Below, one piece after another: positions 37,115-47,005 of a DNA stretch of 64,000 nt; within the stretch, counting starts at the first letter, position 1; each line of letters begins with the position of its first letter. Below the pieces are notes generated by a model, which saw only the letters and a program-made list of their open reading frames with translations, did not search any database and was not told the DNA's origin. A program made the position numbers and the translations under genes. The DNA lies in NCBI GenBank assembly GCA_965226795.1, contig CBDDDZ010000005.1, forward strand, positions 1,280,001 through 1,344,000, in the 5' to 3' direction. Source of the DNA: Candidatus Latescibacterota bacterium. GTDB taxonomy: Bacteria > Latescibacterota > UBA2968 > GCA-2709665.

Positions 37115-37906
37115 ATGAAAATTGGCGTGACGCAGATTATTCTGGGTCGGCTTTCGCTGGACGAAACGCTGGAGCTATGCCGGGACGCCGGTTATGAGGC
37201 TCTGGAACTGGTGTTTCGCGACGGCGGCGATCCGGACGTGAACATGAACGACGATGAGATCCGGGCGTTACGGAGGAAATGCGATGCCGCCGGCCTGGAA
37301 ATCGGCAGTTCGATGGCGCAATATGCGGATCGCGGAAACTTCCTGAGCTTGAATTCGAGCGATCGGGAGCTGGGCGTCAGGTGTCTGGTGCGATCCATTG
37401 AAATCGCTCACGTTTTGGGAATCGACGCTGTACTGCTGCATCCAGGGCAACTCACGGCCGGGGGTACCTATGAACAGGCCTGGGACTTGATGCTGGGCGC
37501 AATCCGGGACCTGGCGCCTGTGGCCGAGGAGAAGGGGGTCTCCGTGGGTATAGAGAACGTGTGGAACAAGTTCCTGTTGAGTCCTCGGGAGATGGCCGGT
37601 TTTGTGGATGCCGTGGGTAGCCCGCGGGTGGGGACCTATCTCGACACCGCGAACATGATGGCCTACGGCTTCCCGGAGCACTGGATTCGTGGCCTTGGCG
37701 ACCGAATTGTCCGGGTGCATTTCAAGGACTTCAGGCGAAGCGAACACCGATTTGTGGATCTCATGGACGGCGATACGGATTGGCCTGCGGTGATGGCCGA
37801 ACTGCGCGTCATCGGATATCGTTCTCCGGTGGTCCACGAGGTTTCGGGGGGCCGCGAGGCGCAGATTGAGACGGCAAGGCGAATGAAGAAGATCGTGGCG
37901 ATGTAG
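37115..37906 (+). CDS. Sugar phosphate isomerase/epimerase (xylose isomerase-like TIM barrel)
   Basis: GIENVWNKFLLSP, YLDTAN, VHFKDF, GD.DW..V. Confidence 0.88.
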   Translation: MKIGVTQIILGRLSLDETLELCRDAGYEALELVFRDGGDPDVNMNDDEIRALRRKCDAAGLEIGSSMAQYADRGNFLSLNSSDRELGVRCLVRSIEIAHVLGIDAVLLHPGQLTAGGTYEQAWDLMLGAIRDLAPVAEEKGVSVGIENVWNKFLLSPREMAGFVDAVGSPRVGTYLDTANMMAYGFPEHWIRGLGDRIVRVHFKDFRRSEHRFVDLMDGDTDWPAVMAELRVIGYRSPVVHEVSGGREAQIETARRMKKIVAM

Positions 37907-37977
37907 GCCGCGACGAACTTTTGCATCGGGAGCCTGGAACTCGATTCCCGGCTCCGACGGTCAATCGAGGAGTGTCG

Positions 37978-39981
37978 ATGGCTGAACCATCCACGCGGGG
38001 TTTGGCGCGTCTGCAGAGAAACCCGGCGTACGTGGCGGCGGAAGATCGCGGTACCACGGTTCGGGCGCTGATTTTCGGGCTGTGTCTGTCGCTTGTCATT
38101 AGCGTTCTGGGCAATGTCGTACGGTATATACTCCATTCTTCGTTTATGGCCTACAGCCACATGCCGATGGGGAATCTGATCATCTGGCTGCTGTCGATTC
38201 TGGTCTGTGCGGCGCTGGCGAAAGGGTTCGGCCGTAAATTCGCATTCTCGCCCAGCGAGTGGATTACGATTTTCGCCATGGGATTCATAGCGTCCCTTGG
38301 GCCGACCTATGGCGTGAGCGGCTACCTTGTGGGTGTCATCGTGACACCCTATTACTTCGCCACACCCGAGAACCGTTGGGCAGAGTTTCTGCATCCGTAC
38401 CTCCCTGAATGGATTATTCCAACCAACAAGGACGGGGCGATGACCTGGTTTTACGACGGGTTGCCCAAGGGAGCACCCATTCCGTGGGAGGCGTGGACCA
38501 TGCCCCTGTTCTGGTGGTTTACGTTCGTCAGTGCGGTGGCGTTGGCATGTCTGTGCGCGTCCGTAATTATCCACAGGCAGTGGTCGGAGAACGAGAAGAT
38601 CGTGTTTCCCGCAATGGAACCGATCGTGGAGATGGCGGCCAACGCAGGCAAGGGCAAAGGTTGGCTCCCGGAGTTCATGGCCGGCAAGGCCTTCTGGACA
38701 GGATTTGCGATCGTTTTTTTTGTGTTCAGTTGGAATATCATCGGATGGTTCAAACCGGGGTTTCCCGTTTTTCCCACGGCGAGGGGAACCTGGATTCCCC
38801 TGGGCCATGCCTTTCCCCCGCAGTGGATTTTCGTGAGTACGGTTGTAATCTGTTTTTCCTACTTCGCCAGCCTCGAGGTGTTGTTCAGTCTCTGGTTCTT
38901 TGACTTGATGTTTATCTTCGAGGGCGGGTTCCTGAACCGGCTTGGGGTCGAAGCGATTTCACCCCACTATATGACGGGACGGTACGCCTGGCAGACGGCG
39001 GGCGCCTTTATCGGAATCTCCTTCTGGTGGCTGCTGGTTTCCCGGACGCACCTGCGCCAGGCGTTCCATAAGGCGCTCCGGCCCGAGCGGGTCCCTCTGG
39101 ACGACAGCCGGGAACTGATATCGTATCGGGCGGCATTTCTCTGGCTGGGCGTTTCAACGGTATACGCCGTTGCGTGGTTGTGGCAGGCGGGAATGGACCT
39201 GATGGTAATCTGCCTGTTGATTCCCACCATGTTTCTGATCTATTTCGGGGTGGCCAAGGTTCTGGCCGAGACGGGTCATATCTATATAGGATCGGCGACA
39301 GGGGCGTGGGATCTCGCCACGGCGGCATTGGGCGGCGCCAGCGCTGTTCCGGCGCCCAACCACGCGTTAATGTATCCGGCGTCGGTATCGCTTAACCACT
39401 TTCGCGCGTACACGTTTTCGCTGGGGATGCACCTGAACCGACTCGGAGATTTTCTTGTCGGAGGACATCGTCGGTTCTTTGGCGGCGTTTTTGCCGCGTT
39501 TATCGTGGGTGTGGTGGGATCCACCCTGTTTACGATCTGGCTGGGATATACGATAGGCGGGTACAACTTCCAGCCCAACTGGCTGATTATCCGCGCCGGC
39601 ATCGGCGGATACCAGCGAGGGGTGAACGATATTCTCTCGCCGGAACCGACCGAGGTGGGGGATTGCTGGTTTTTCCTGGCGGGCTTTATCGCAATGATGA
39701 CGTTGAATCTGTTGCGGTACCGCCTCAGCTGGTGGCCTCTTCATCCGGTGGGATTCGCAATCTCAGGCGCCTGGCTGACGCGGCTGACGAGTTTTACGCT
39801 GTTCCTGGCCTGGCTGGTGAAGTTCATCCTGCTGAAGTTGGTTGGCGCCGCGTTCTACAGGAAATCGCGTCCGTTTTTTATCGGAGCGCTTACGGCATAT
39901 ATACTGGTTACAACGCTCGGGCTGGTCGTGGACGCCGGTTTCTTCGGAAAGCAGGGGCACACACTCCACAAATGGTATTAG
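37978..39981 (+). CDS. Polytopic membrane protein, DUF6785-like putative transporter (paralog 1)
   Basis: Many TM helices; motifs YFATPENRW, QWSENEKIVFP and WWPLHPVG. GAGGAG RBS. Confidence 0.7.
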   Translation: MAEPSTRGLARLQRNPAYVAAEDRGTTVRALIFGLCLSLVISVLGNVVRYILHSSFMAYSHMPMGNLIIWLLSILVCAALAKGFGRKFAFSPSEWITIFAMGFIASLGPTYGVSGYLVGVIVTPYYFATPENRWAEFLHPYLPEWIIPTNKDGAMTWFYDGLPKGAPIPWEAWTMPLFWWFTFVSAVALACLCASVIIHRQWSENEKIVFPAMEPIVEMAANAGKGKGWLPEFMAGKAFWTGFAIVFFVFSWNIIGWFKPGFPVFPTARGTWIPLGHAFPPQWIFVSTVVICFSYFASLEVLFSLWFFDLMFIFEGGFLNRLGVEAISPHYMTGRYAWQTAGAFIGISFWWLLVSRTHLRQAFHKALRPERVPLDDSRELISYRAAFLWLGVSTVYAVAWLWQAGMDLMVICLLIPTMFLIYFGVAKVLAETGHIYIGSATGAWDLATAALGGASAVPAPNHALMYPASVSLNHFRAYTFSLGMHLNRLGDFLVGGHRRFFGGVFAAFIVGVVGSTLFTIWLGYTIGGYNFQPNWLIIRAGIGGYQRGVNDILSPEPTEVGDCWFFLAGFIAMMTLNLLRYRLSWWPLHPVGFAISGAWLTRLTSFTLFLAWLVKFILLKLVGAAFYRKSRPFFIGALTAYILVTTLGLVVDAGFFGKQGHTLHKWY

Positions 39982-40050
39982 AAACGGCAATGCATAACGG
40001 GGTTGCGCGGGTGGACCGCATTCACCCCGGCGTTTATACGGGGCTGTCCA

Positions 40051-42054
40051 ATGGATGAACGCGGTGCGGCCGTTCGGCAGGCCGCACAACGAAATCTCGA
40101 AACGCCACTGGCGTCAGAGGATCGGGGCGTCACGCTTCGATCGGTCGTCTTTGGACTGTGCTTGGCCGTGGCCGTCAGCCTCCTGGCCAACACCGTGCTT
40201 TATCTGGTTCATGGCTCCCTTATGGCGTACAGCCATATGCCCATGGGCAACCTGATATTGATCCTGCTGTCAATGGTCCTCTGTTCCGTTCTGGCCTTTC
40301 GATTCGGAAGGCCTTTTGTGTTTTCCAGTTCGGAGTGGCTGACCATTTTTACGATGGGGTTTGTGAGTTCGCTCGGGCCCACGTATGGCGTGAGCGGATA
40401 CCTGGTGGGTGTGATCGTTTCCCCCTACTATTTCGCTACGCCTGAGAATCGCTGGTCGGAATTCCTGCATCCGAATCTGCCGGATTTTATCTTCCCCCAG
40501 AACAGAAACGGGGAGATGAGCTGGTTTTACAACGGATTGCCTCCCGACGCGGGCGTACCCTGGGAAAGCTGGGCGGGGCCGCTTTTCTGGTGGTTCACGT
40601 TTATTGCCGCGGTGGCATTTGCCTGTTTCTGTGCATCCATTATAATCCGTCGTCAGTGGTCGGAACACGAAAAGCTGGTTTTCCCGGCCATGGAACCGAT
40701 CGTGGAAATGGCCTCCTCCGCCGGTGCGGGAGGACGTTTGCTGCCGGAACTGATGAAAGGTCGGATGTTCTGGGCCGGGTTTTCGGTAAGCGCCTTCATC
40801 TATTGCTGGAACATGATCGGCTGGTTTTTCCCGGCCTTTCCCAGTTTCCGCATGACGCCGGGTTGGTACCTGCCAGTGGCGCGGGACTTTCCCGCGTTGT
40901 GGATTTCCTTCAATACCTTTGCGGTGTGTTTTGCCTATTTTGCCAGCCTGGAAGTCCTGTTCAGCCTCTGGTTTTTCGATCTTTTCTTCGTGGTAGAATC
41001 CGGAATCCTGACCCGACTGGGCATGCCGTCCTGGCACTCCTACCGGTCTGCCGGGCCGTATGCGTGGCAGACCGCAGGCGCGTTCGTCTGCCTGGCGGCT
41101 TTCTGGGTCTTGATTTCGAGGCGTCATCTTCGGGACGCATTCCTCAAAGCGATACGACCGCACAGCGCCCATATTGACGATAGCCGCGAACTCATTTCCT
41201 ACCGTTCGGCCTTTCTCGGACTGGGAGTCGCGTGTGGCTACGCCATCGCCTGGCTATGGAATGCCGGGATGGACGTGGGTGTGATTCTGCTCACGGTGCC
41301 GACCATGTTTCTGGTTTACCTGGCGATGGGTAAGATACTGGCCGATTCAGGTCTGGTCTTTCTGAGTTCGCCGACATCAGCCCGCAGCCTTGTGCAGGCT
41401 GCTTTCGGGGGTCCCAAGGGGATACCGGCGGCAACCCACGCTTTGTTCTATCCCACGGCCGTGGCATTGAGTCACTTTAAGGGGACGATATTCACATTCG
41501 GCATGCACGCCAACCGGCTGGGGGAATTTGTGGCGGGAAACAGAAGACGGTTGTTCTGGTCGGTGTGTGCCGCGTTTCTCGTGGGACTTGTGGCGTCCAC
41601 CTTATACGTGGTCTGGCTGGGGTACAGGGTCGGCGGGTACAATTTCGAGCCGAACTGGCTTGTGACGCGGGCCGGGCACATGGGTTTCCAGGGGGCGGTA
41701 AGCGATATCATTTCACCCAAACCCATGCTGTCGAGCGAGTATGTGTTTTTCGTCGTGGGTGTGCTGGCAATGGGTGCAATCACGTTCATGCGCTATCGGT
41801 TTGCGTGGTGGCCCTTTCATCCCATTGGTTTTGCGCTCTCCGGTTCCGCCCTGTCCCATCTAACCGGGTTTACGATATTTCTGGCTTGGAGCCTGAAGGC
41901 TATCCTGCTGAGATTTTTCGGAGCCGTGTTTTACAGGCGTTCGCGTCCTTTTTTTGTCGGGCTCCTTATAGGATACGTGTTTTCGATCGCGCTTGGTCTG
42001 GTATTGGATGCCGTCTGGTTCGTGCCCCGGGGCCACCGCGTCCATACGTATTGA
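40051..42054 (+). CDS. Polytopic membrane protein, DUF6785-like putative transporter (paralog 2)
   Basis: Colinear with paralog 1 (MAYSHMPMGNL, SLGPTYGVSGYLVGVIV, YFATPENRW, WWPFHPIG). Confidence 0.7.
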   Translation: MDERGAAVRQAAQRNLETPLASEDRGVTLRSVVFGLCLAVAVSLLANTVLYLVHGSLMAYSHMPMGNLILILLSMVLCSVLAFRFGRPFVFSSSEWLTIFTMGFVSSLGPTYGVSGYLVGVIVSPYYFATPENRWSEFLHPNLPDFIFPQNRNGEMSWFYNGLPPDAGVPWESWAGPLFWWFTFIAAVAFACFCASIIIRRQWSEHEKLVFPAMEPIVEMASSAGAGGRLLPELMKGRMFWAGFSVSAFIYCWNMIGWFFPAFPSFRMTPGWYLPVARDFPALWISFNTFAVCFAYFASLEVLFSLWFFDLFFVVESGILTRLGMPSWHSYRSAGPYAWQTAGAFVCLAAFWVLISRRHLRDAFLKAIRPHSAHIDDSRELISYRSAFLGLGVACGYAIAWLWNAGMDVGVILLTVPTMFLVYLAMGKILADSGLVFLSSPTSARSLVQAAFGGPKGIPAATHALFYPTAVALSHFKGTIFTFGMHANRLGEFVAGNRRRLFWSVCAAFLVGLVASTLYVVWLGYRVGGYNFEPNWLVTRAGHMGFQGAVSDIISPKPMLSSEYVFFVVGVLAMGAITFMRYRFAWWPFHPIGFALSGSALSHLTGFTIFLAWSLKAILLRFFGAVFYRRSRPFFVGLLIGYVFSIALGLVLDAVWFVPRGHRVHTY

Positions 42055-42204
42055 GCTTTTCAGGTGTGATGGTCCCCGGCCCCGGCACATAGCCATCTTT
42101 AATGCCGTAGTGAACGTTACCCGCGCGCGCAAGGAAACAGGATGACTGCCGAATGATACCAAATGTCCCGCAACAGAGGATTGGTCAGAAAAAGGAGAAA
42201 TGAA

Positions 42205-43251
42205 ATGCCAGACGGCTTTCGCAGGGCGGCGGCCAAAGACGGCGCCGGACGGATTGTGGTGATTGAGGAACCGATTCCACGGCCCGGTCCCGGTCAGGTC
42301 CTGGTTGAGGTCAGGGCGAGTTTTGTGAGTCCGGGTACGGAACTGGGCGGCGTGAAGAGGCTTCGGGAGAAACCGGGCAGCGGCCCGCCCCGCCCGTTCG
42401 GTTATTCCAATTCCGGCGTGGTAATAGGACAGGGCGAGGGGTGTGAAGACGTTTCAACGGGTACCCGTGTGGCCTGTATGGGTGGAGGTTACGCACTGCA
42501 CGCAACCCACGTCTGCGTTCCCAGGAATATGACGGTTCCGATGCCCGAATCGGTTCCCTTTGAGGACGCGTCGGCGATTCATCTGGTTGCGACGGCGTTA
42601 AACGCCGTCCGCCGTGCCGAGTTGACTCTGGGTGAATATGTCGCGGTCGTCGGACTGGGACCGGTGGGACAGTTCTCCTGTCAATGGGCGCGGCTTGCCG
42701 GCTGCCACACGCTTGCGCTGGACAGGCTGCCGATGCGCCTGTCGGCGGCGAAGAAGACAGGGGTGGACCGGACCGTGATTGTGGGCAAGGAGGACGCCTC
42801 AGGCGTGTCAAAAGATTTTACGCGCGGATATGGTCTGGATGCCGGAATACTCGCCTTCGGCGGGGATGGCACCGAGGCTTTCAAAATGCTGGTTTCGATG
42901 ATGAAGCGGGCGCCGGATACACACCAGATGGGCCGGATCACGATCGTCGGCGGAGCGAAAATCGAGCACGTATTCGCATCGGGCCTGGGCAACCTGGACG
43001 TTCGGAGCGCGGCCCGGACGGGCCCCGGATACCACGATGAAGCCTGGGAACACGGACGGGACTATCCGCCCGTGTTCATGCAATGGACCACCAGGCGGAA
43101 CATGGAGGAGTGCGTGGAGTTTATGGCTTCCGGCGGGATGCTGGTCGAACCGCTCATCACCCACCGGGTCGGGCTTTCCGATGCGCCGGAGGCCTGTGAA
43201 GACCTGATTCAACGTCCCAACGAAGCGCTCGGTGTGGTGCTGGTGCCATAG
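42205..43251 (+). CDS. Medium-chain dehydrogenase/reductase (zinc-binding ADH superfamily)
   Basis: GQVLVEV..S.VSPGTE, GYSNSG, VVGLGPVG, PLITH. AAGGAG RBS. Confidence 0.85.
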   Translation: MPDGFRRAAAKDGAGRIVVIEEPIPRPGPGQVLVEVRASFVSPGTELGGVKRLREKPGSGPPRPFGYSNSGVVIGQGEGCEDVSTGTRVACMGGGYALHATHVCVPRNMTVPMPESVPFEDASAIHLVATALNAVRRAELTLGEYVAVVGLGPVGQFSCQWARLAGCHTLALDRLPMRLSAAKKTGVDRTVIVGKEDASGVSKDFTRGYGLDAGILAFGGDGTEAFKMLVSMMKRAPDTHQMGRITIVGGAKIEHVFASGLGNLDVRSAARTGPGYHDEAWEHGRDYPPVFMQWTTRRNMEECVEFMASGGMLVEPLITHRVGLSDAPEACEDLIQRPNEALGVVLVP

Positions 43252-43382
43252 TATCCTGTCCCGGAAATATGGGACCACTCTTCCCGGTCTGCATGCGTGA
43301 GGCTGCACGAACAGGCACGCGCCGGTTCATCCCGTCTCGCGGCGTTGCTCGCACTGAGCTTGTCGAAGCGAGCTTGTTGGAA
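43252..43382. repeat. Composite REP/MITE-like intergenic element, copy 2 (shorter)
   Basis: TCCTGTCCCGGAAATATG right after the stop, 31/33 identity to 5262-5294, then CTGAGCTTGTCGAAG. Confidence 0.8.
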
Positions 43383-43409
43383 ATTCACGCAGCACAAGGG
43401 GAATTGCAT

Positions 43410-44492
43410 ATGTCTGGAAAACGGTATCGAGGTGGCGCAATTGGCCGAACGGGCCGCGGCGGCTACGGACATGGCCTTCATCTGGGCCTGGCGGCGGCGG
43501 GCGTTGTGGACATGGTGGCCGTGGCGGATCCGGATGAGCAAGGTCGGCGGGACGTCGCGGAGGCGGTGGGTGCGGAACGGACCTATGAAGACTATCGGGA
43601 GATGCTGGAAAAAGAAGCGCTGGAAATTGTAACCGTGGGCCCCCGCTGGGTGGATTGCCACGAGGAGATGGTACTGGCGTGTGTGGCAGCGGGTTGCCAT
43701 ACCTATTGCGAAAAGCCGATGGCGCACAGTCTGGAATCGGCGGACCGCATGGTGTCGGCGGCGGAACGGGGGGGGGTGAAACTGGCCGCAGCGCATCAGG
43801 GCGTTTATCTGCCGCAGGTTCAGGCCGTGAAACACATGCTGGACGAAGGTCGCATCGGCCCGCTGCTGGCGATCTACGCAACCGGCAAGCAGGACCATCG
43901 CGGTGGAGGTGAGGACATGATGGTCCTGGGCATGCACCTGTTCAATCTGATGCGGTTCCTTGCCGGCGATGTGGCCTGGATGAGCGCTCAGGTCAGAGTG
44001 GGAGACCGGGAACTGTGTCCAGGTGACGCCTTTGAAGCCAGGGAACCCGTCGGACTGATTGCAGGAGACTGTATACACAGTTGTTTTGCGTTTGAAAACG
44101 GTGCCGCCGGTTTTTTTGGGTCCCGGGCGAATCAGCCCGGCAATGGGCAGTGTTTCGGGTTGGAACTGGTGGGGCGGGACGGACGGTTTATGCTGCGAGG
44201 CGGCGCACCAACCGTGGTTGCCGCTTATCCGTACAGTGCCTGGTTGCCGGAGGATGAATCGCAGGTTTGGGAAGTGCTGGATCTGGAAACCGCGCCGCTG
44301 GCCGACGGCAATCGGCTGGCGATTCTGGATCTGATTGATGCGATCGAGCATGATCGGCAACCCCTCTCGAGCGGTGTGGATGCGGTGAAGGCTCTGGAGA
44401 TGGTGCTGGGAGCCTATGCGTCGCAGATTTCGGGCGCGCGCGTGGCGTTTCCGATTGCTGACCGAACCCATCCGCTTGAGGGATTCATATAG
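43410..44492 (+). CDS. Gfo/Idh/MocA family oxidoreductase
   Basis: AIGRTGRGGYGHGLH, VAVADPD, CEKP, GGGEDMMVLGMH. The upstream ORF extension lies inside the repeat. Confidence 0.85.
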   Translation: MSGKRYRGGAIGRTGRGGYGHGLHLGLAAAGVVDMVAVADPDEQGRRDVAEAVGAERTYEDYREMLEKEALEIVTVGPRWVDCHEEMVLACVAAGCHTYCEKPMAHSLESADRMVSAAERGGVKLAAAHQGVYLPQVQAVKHMLDEGRIGPLLAIYATGKQDHRGGGEDMMVLGMHLFNLMRFLAGDVAWMSAQVRVGDRELCPGDAFEAREPVGLIAGDCIHSCFAFENGAAGFFGSRANQPGNGQCFGLELVGRDGRFMLRGGAPTVVAAYPYSAWLPEDESQVWEVLDLETAPLADGNRLAILDLIDAIEHDRQPLSSGVDAVKALEMVLGAYASQISGARVAFPIADRTHPLEGFI

Positions 44493-44660
44493 CCGGAATA
44501 CAGTGTTGGCCCGTCTCCCGTATCCACGATACCGGGATACGGATTGGCACCTGTGGATTTTCGATCGGTACATAGCTGACCTGTGCGGGCACGCTGGCCT
44601 ATCGGGTCTTTCGGAAGCTGAATCAGACTGAATCGATCCTGCGGCTCATGTACGGATGCT

Positions 44661-44689
44661 TTGGATATACCACGGAATTGTCGTATATT
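44661..44689 (+). promoter_or_regulatory. sigma70-type promoter
   Basis: TTGGAT, 17-bp spacer, TATATT, upstream of the PAC2 gene. Confidence 0.45.
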
Positions 44690-44778
44690 TTCGGGAGCAA
44701 ATCCGTGTCGAACGGGATTGCATCGGTTTCCAGCCTGTTCTGTTGGCATCGAGGCCCCCGGCGGGAGGTGGAATCAAG

Positions 44779-45741
44779 ATGAATACGAGAATCACCAGAG
44801 ATATTTCAGATCGGATGCGCCCTTCGATCATGCTGGCCGCATGGCCGGGTATGGGAAGTGTGGGCGTTGGGGCGCTGGATTACCTGCGTCGGAAACTGGA
44901 CGCGCTGCCGTTCGCAGAGATTGACATGAGTGAATATTTCGCTCCGGAGGCGGTGGTTGTGGAAAAGGGACTCGCGCGTTCGTTTTCGGATCTGCCAAGC
45001 CACGTCTTTTACTACGTCGAAGAGCCGCCGTTAATTATATCAGAAAGCGAAGCACAGATACCGGGCATGGGAGGCACGGTTCTCATGGGCCACATGCTTG
45101 ACCTTGCGCAGCGGTTCAAGGTGGAAACCATCTATACCGGCGCGGCGTACGCGATGCCTATCAGCCACCACGAACGCGTTCAGGTCCTCGGCGCGGCCAA
45201 CGAGGAAGCCTTGCGGGACGCGCTTGGGCAGCACGGCGTGGAGATCTTGCAGGAAGGACATATTGCCGGTCTGAACGGACTGTTGCTGGGATCGGCCGGG
45301 CTTCGAAATATCCGGGCGGCCTGCCTGTTGGCGACAATGCCGATGTACGCCCAGATGATGCCGAATCCCAAGGCATCGCGGGAGATCGTTCGGGTCTGGG
45401 CGAGAATGCTGGATCTGGATGTGAATATGTCGGAAATCGACCAGGCCGTTGAACGCATGGACGACACCATGTCCCAGATCGAAGAGAAGATTCGCACCAC
45501 CTTCTCCACCATGGAACACGAGGACGAGGATGAAATTGAACTCGAAGAAGTGGACGAGGAGCAGGTGCCTCAGGTGGTGATGGAGCGGATCGAGCGCCTT
45601 TTTGAAGAGGTCGAACACGACACAACCAAAGAGAAGGCGTCCCTTCTGAAGCGGGAACTGGACCGGTGGAACCTGTATGGGCTTTACGAGGACAGGTTCC
45701 TGGGTCTCTTCCGAAAGGATAGCGGCCCCAATCGCGGTTAA
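44779..45741 (+). CDS. PAC2 family (proteasome assembly chaperone-like) protein
   Basis: AAWPGMGSVG, I.GLNGLLLG, CLLATMP.Y...PNPKAS, acidic C-terminal helical extension. GGAGGT RBS. Confidence 0.8.
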   Translation: MNTRITRDISDRMRPSIMLAAWPGMGSVGVGALDYLRRKLDALPFAEIDMSEYFAPEAVVVEKGLARSFSDLPSHVFYYVEEPPLIISESEAQIPGMGGTVLMGHMLDLAQRFKVETIYTGAAYAMPISHHERVQVLGAANEEALRDALGQHGVEILQEGHIAGLNGLLLGSAGLRNIRAACLLATMPMYAQMMPNPKASREIVRVWARMLDLDVNMSEIDQAVERMDDTMSQIEEKIRTTFSTMEHEDEDEIELEEVDEEQVPQVVMERIERLFEEVEHDTTKEKASLLKRELDRWNLYGLYEDRFLGLFRKDSGPNRG

Positions 45742-45904
45742 AGAGGTACCCCGCCAGTCATTCCTTATGTTTTCGCGTTATGCAGATTTCGGGACGCGGC
45801 GAATCCCGGTTTCAACGCTCCGTCCAGCAAGAGCCGGTTGCCCCGCTTCAATCCATTGATTCCTGCGGCTGGTTGGTCTGGTCGCTGCGTCGCAACCCGT
45901 CACA

Positions 45905-47005
45905 ATGGTTGAACATAAGGAGACAACAGTGTATCCGGAGCCTGTCGATAGTTCTCTGTTGAAAATTGATCTTTACAGCGATACGGCAACGAAACCCACC
46001 CGCGAAATGCGAGAGTTTATGTGTGCGGCGGAAGTCGGCGATGAGCAGCGTGGGGAAGATCCGTCAGTGAATGAACTGCAGGAGATGGTGGCCGACATCC
46101 TGGGTAAAGAAGCCGCATTGCTGCTGCCGTCAGGTACGATGTGTAACCAGATTGCCTTTGCGGTGCACTGCCGCCCCGGCGATATGGTTCTACTGGAAAG
46201 AAACGCCCACCCACTGCATTCCGAAGCCGGCGGAGCGGCAGTCCTCGCAAGTGCGACCCTGTACCCGGTTGACGGTGTCAATGGGCACTTTACGGCTGAA
46301 CACGTGGCGGATGCCCTTCAGCCGGCGACCCGCTACTGGTCGGGCTTTCGTCTGGTGGCCGTAGAACAGACCACAAACCGGCCGGGCGGGCGCGTCTGGC
46401 CACTGGAGCAGATGCGGGCGGTCTGCGATGCGGCACACGAGCGAGGCGTGCAGACGCACATGGACGGCGCCCGTCTGTTCAATGCGGTTGTCGCGTCCGG
46501 GATTTCGGCAGGGCATTACGCGGAAACGTTCGATTCTCTTTGGATTGACCTGAGCAAAGGCCTGGGTGCGCCCATCGGGGGCGTGCTGGCTGGCGAGACC
46601 GGGTTCATTGAAGCCGCCTGGCAGTGGAAGCAACGGGTGGGAGGTGCGATGCGGCAGGCCGGTTTTGTGGCGGCCGCCGGGATCTACGCGCTACGGCACA
46701 ACATCGACAGGCTTGCGGAGGACCACGCCAATGCCAGAAGGCTGGCGGTCGGCATCTCGGACGCGCCGGGAATTCAGGTGAATCCGGACGAGGTCGAGAC
46801 CAATATGGTGAAATTCGACGTGGGCGGTACGGGGGTGAGTTCGAAAGAGTTCTCAAGCCGGTTGCTTACCGGATGGGGCGTCCGCGTGAGCACGCCGGGC
46901 CCTGTGGCGATTCGCGCCATACCATATCTTGGTATCAGCCAGGACGACGTCGATGAGGCCACGCGTGCGATCTGTGTGGTCGCGGAGGAATTGGCGCAGG
47001 GCTGA
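45905..47005 (+). CDS. ltaE: Low-specificity L-threonine aldolase
   Basis: DL.SDT.TKPT, GEDPSV, SGTM.NQ, HMDGARLFNA, LSKGLGAP.G, GGAMRQAG. The start may be slightly downstream. Confidence 0.9.
   Translation: MVEHKETTVYPEPVDSSLLKIDLYSDTATKPTREMREFMCAAEVGDEQRGEDPSVNELQEMVADILGKEAALLLPSGTMCNQIAFAVHCRPGDMVLLERNAHPLHSEAGGAAVLASATLYPVDGVNGHFTAEHVADALQPATRYWSGFRLVAVEQTTNRPGGRVWPLEQMRAVCDAAHERGVQTHMDGARLFNAVVASGISAGHYAETFDSLWIDLSKGLGAPIGGVLAGETGFIEAAWQWKQRVGGAMRQAGFVAAAGIYALRHNIDRLAEDHANARRLAVGISDAPGIQVNPDEVETNMVKFDVGGTGVSSKEFSSRLLTGWGVRVSTPGPVAIRAIPYLGISQDDVDEATRAICVVAEELAQG

Noticed and set aside
43269..43409. N-terminal extension of the Gfo/Idh/MocA ORF, and the 5283-5483 ORF
   Set aside because: Both are translations of the repeat element (LSLSK/ELVE-type peptides). 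The real start at 43410 matches the family N-terminus.
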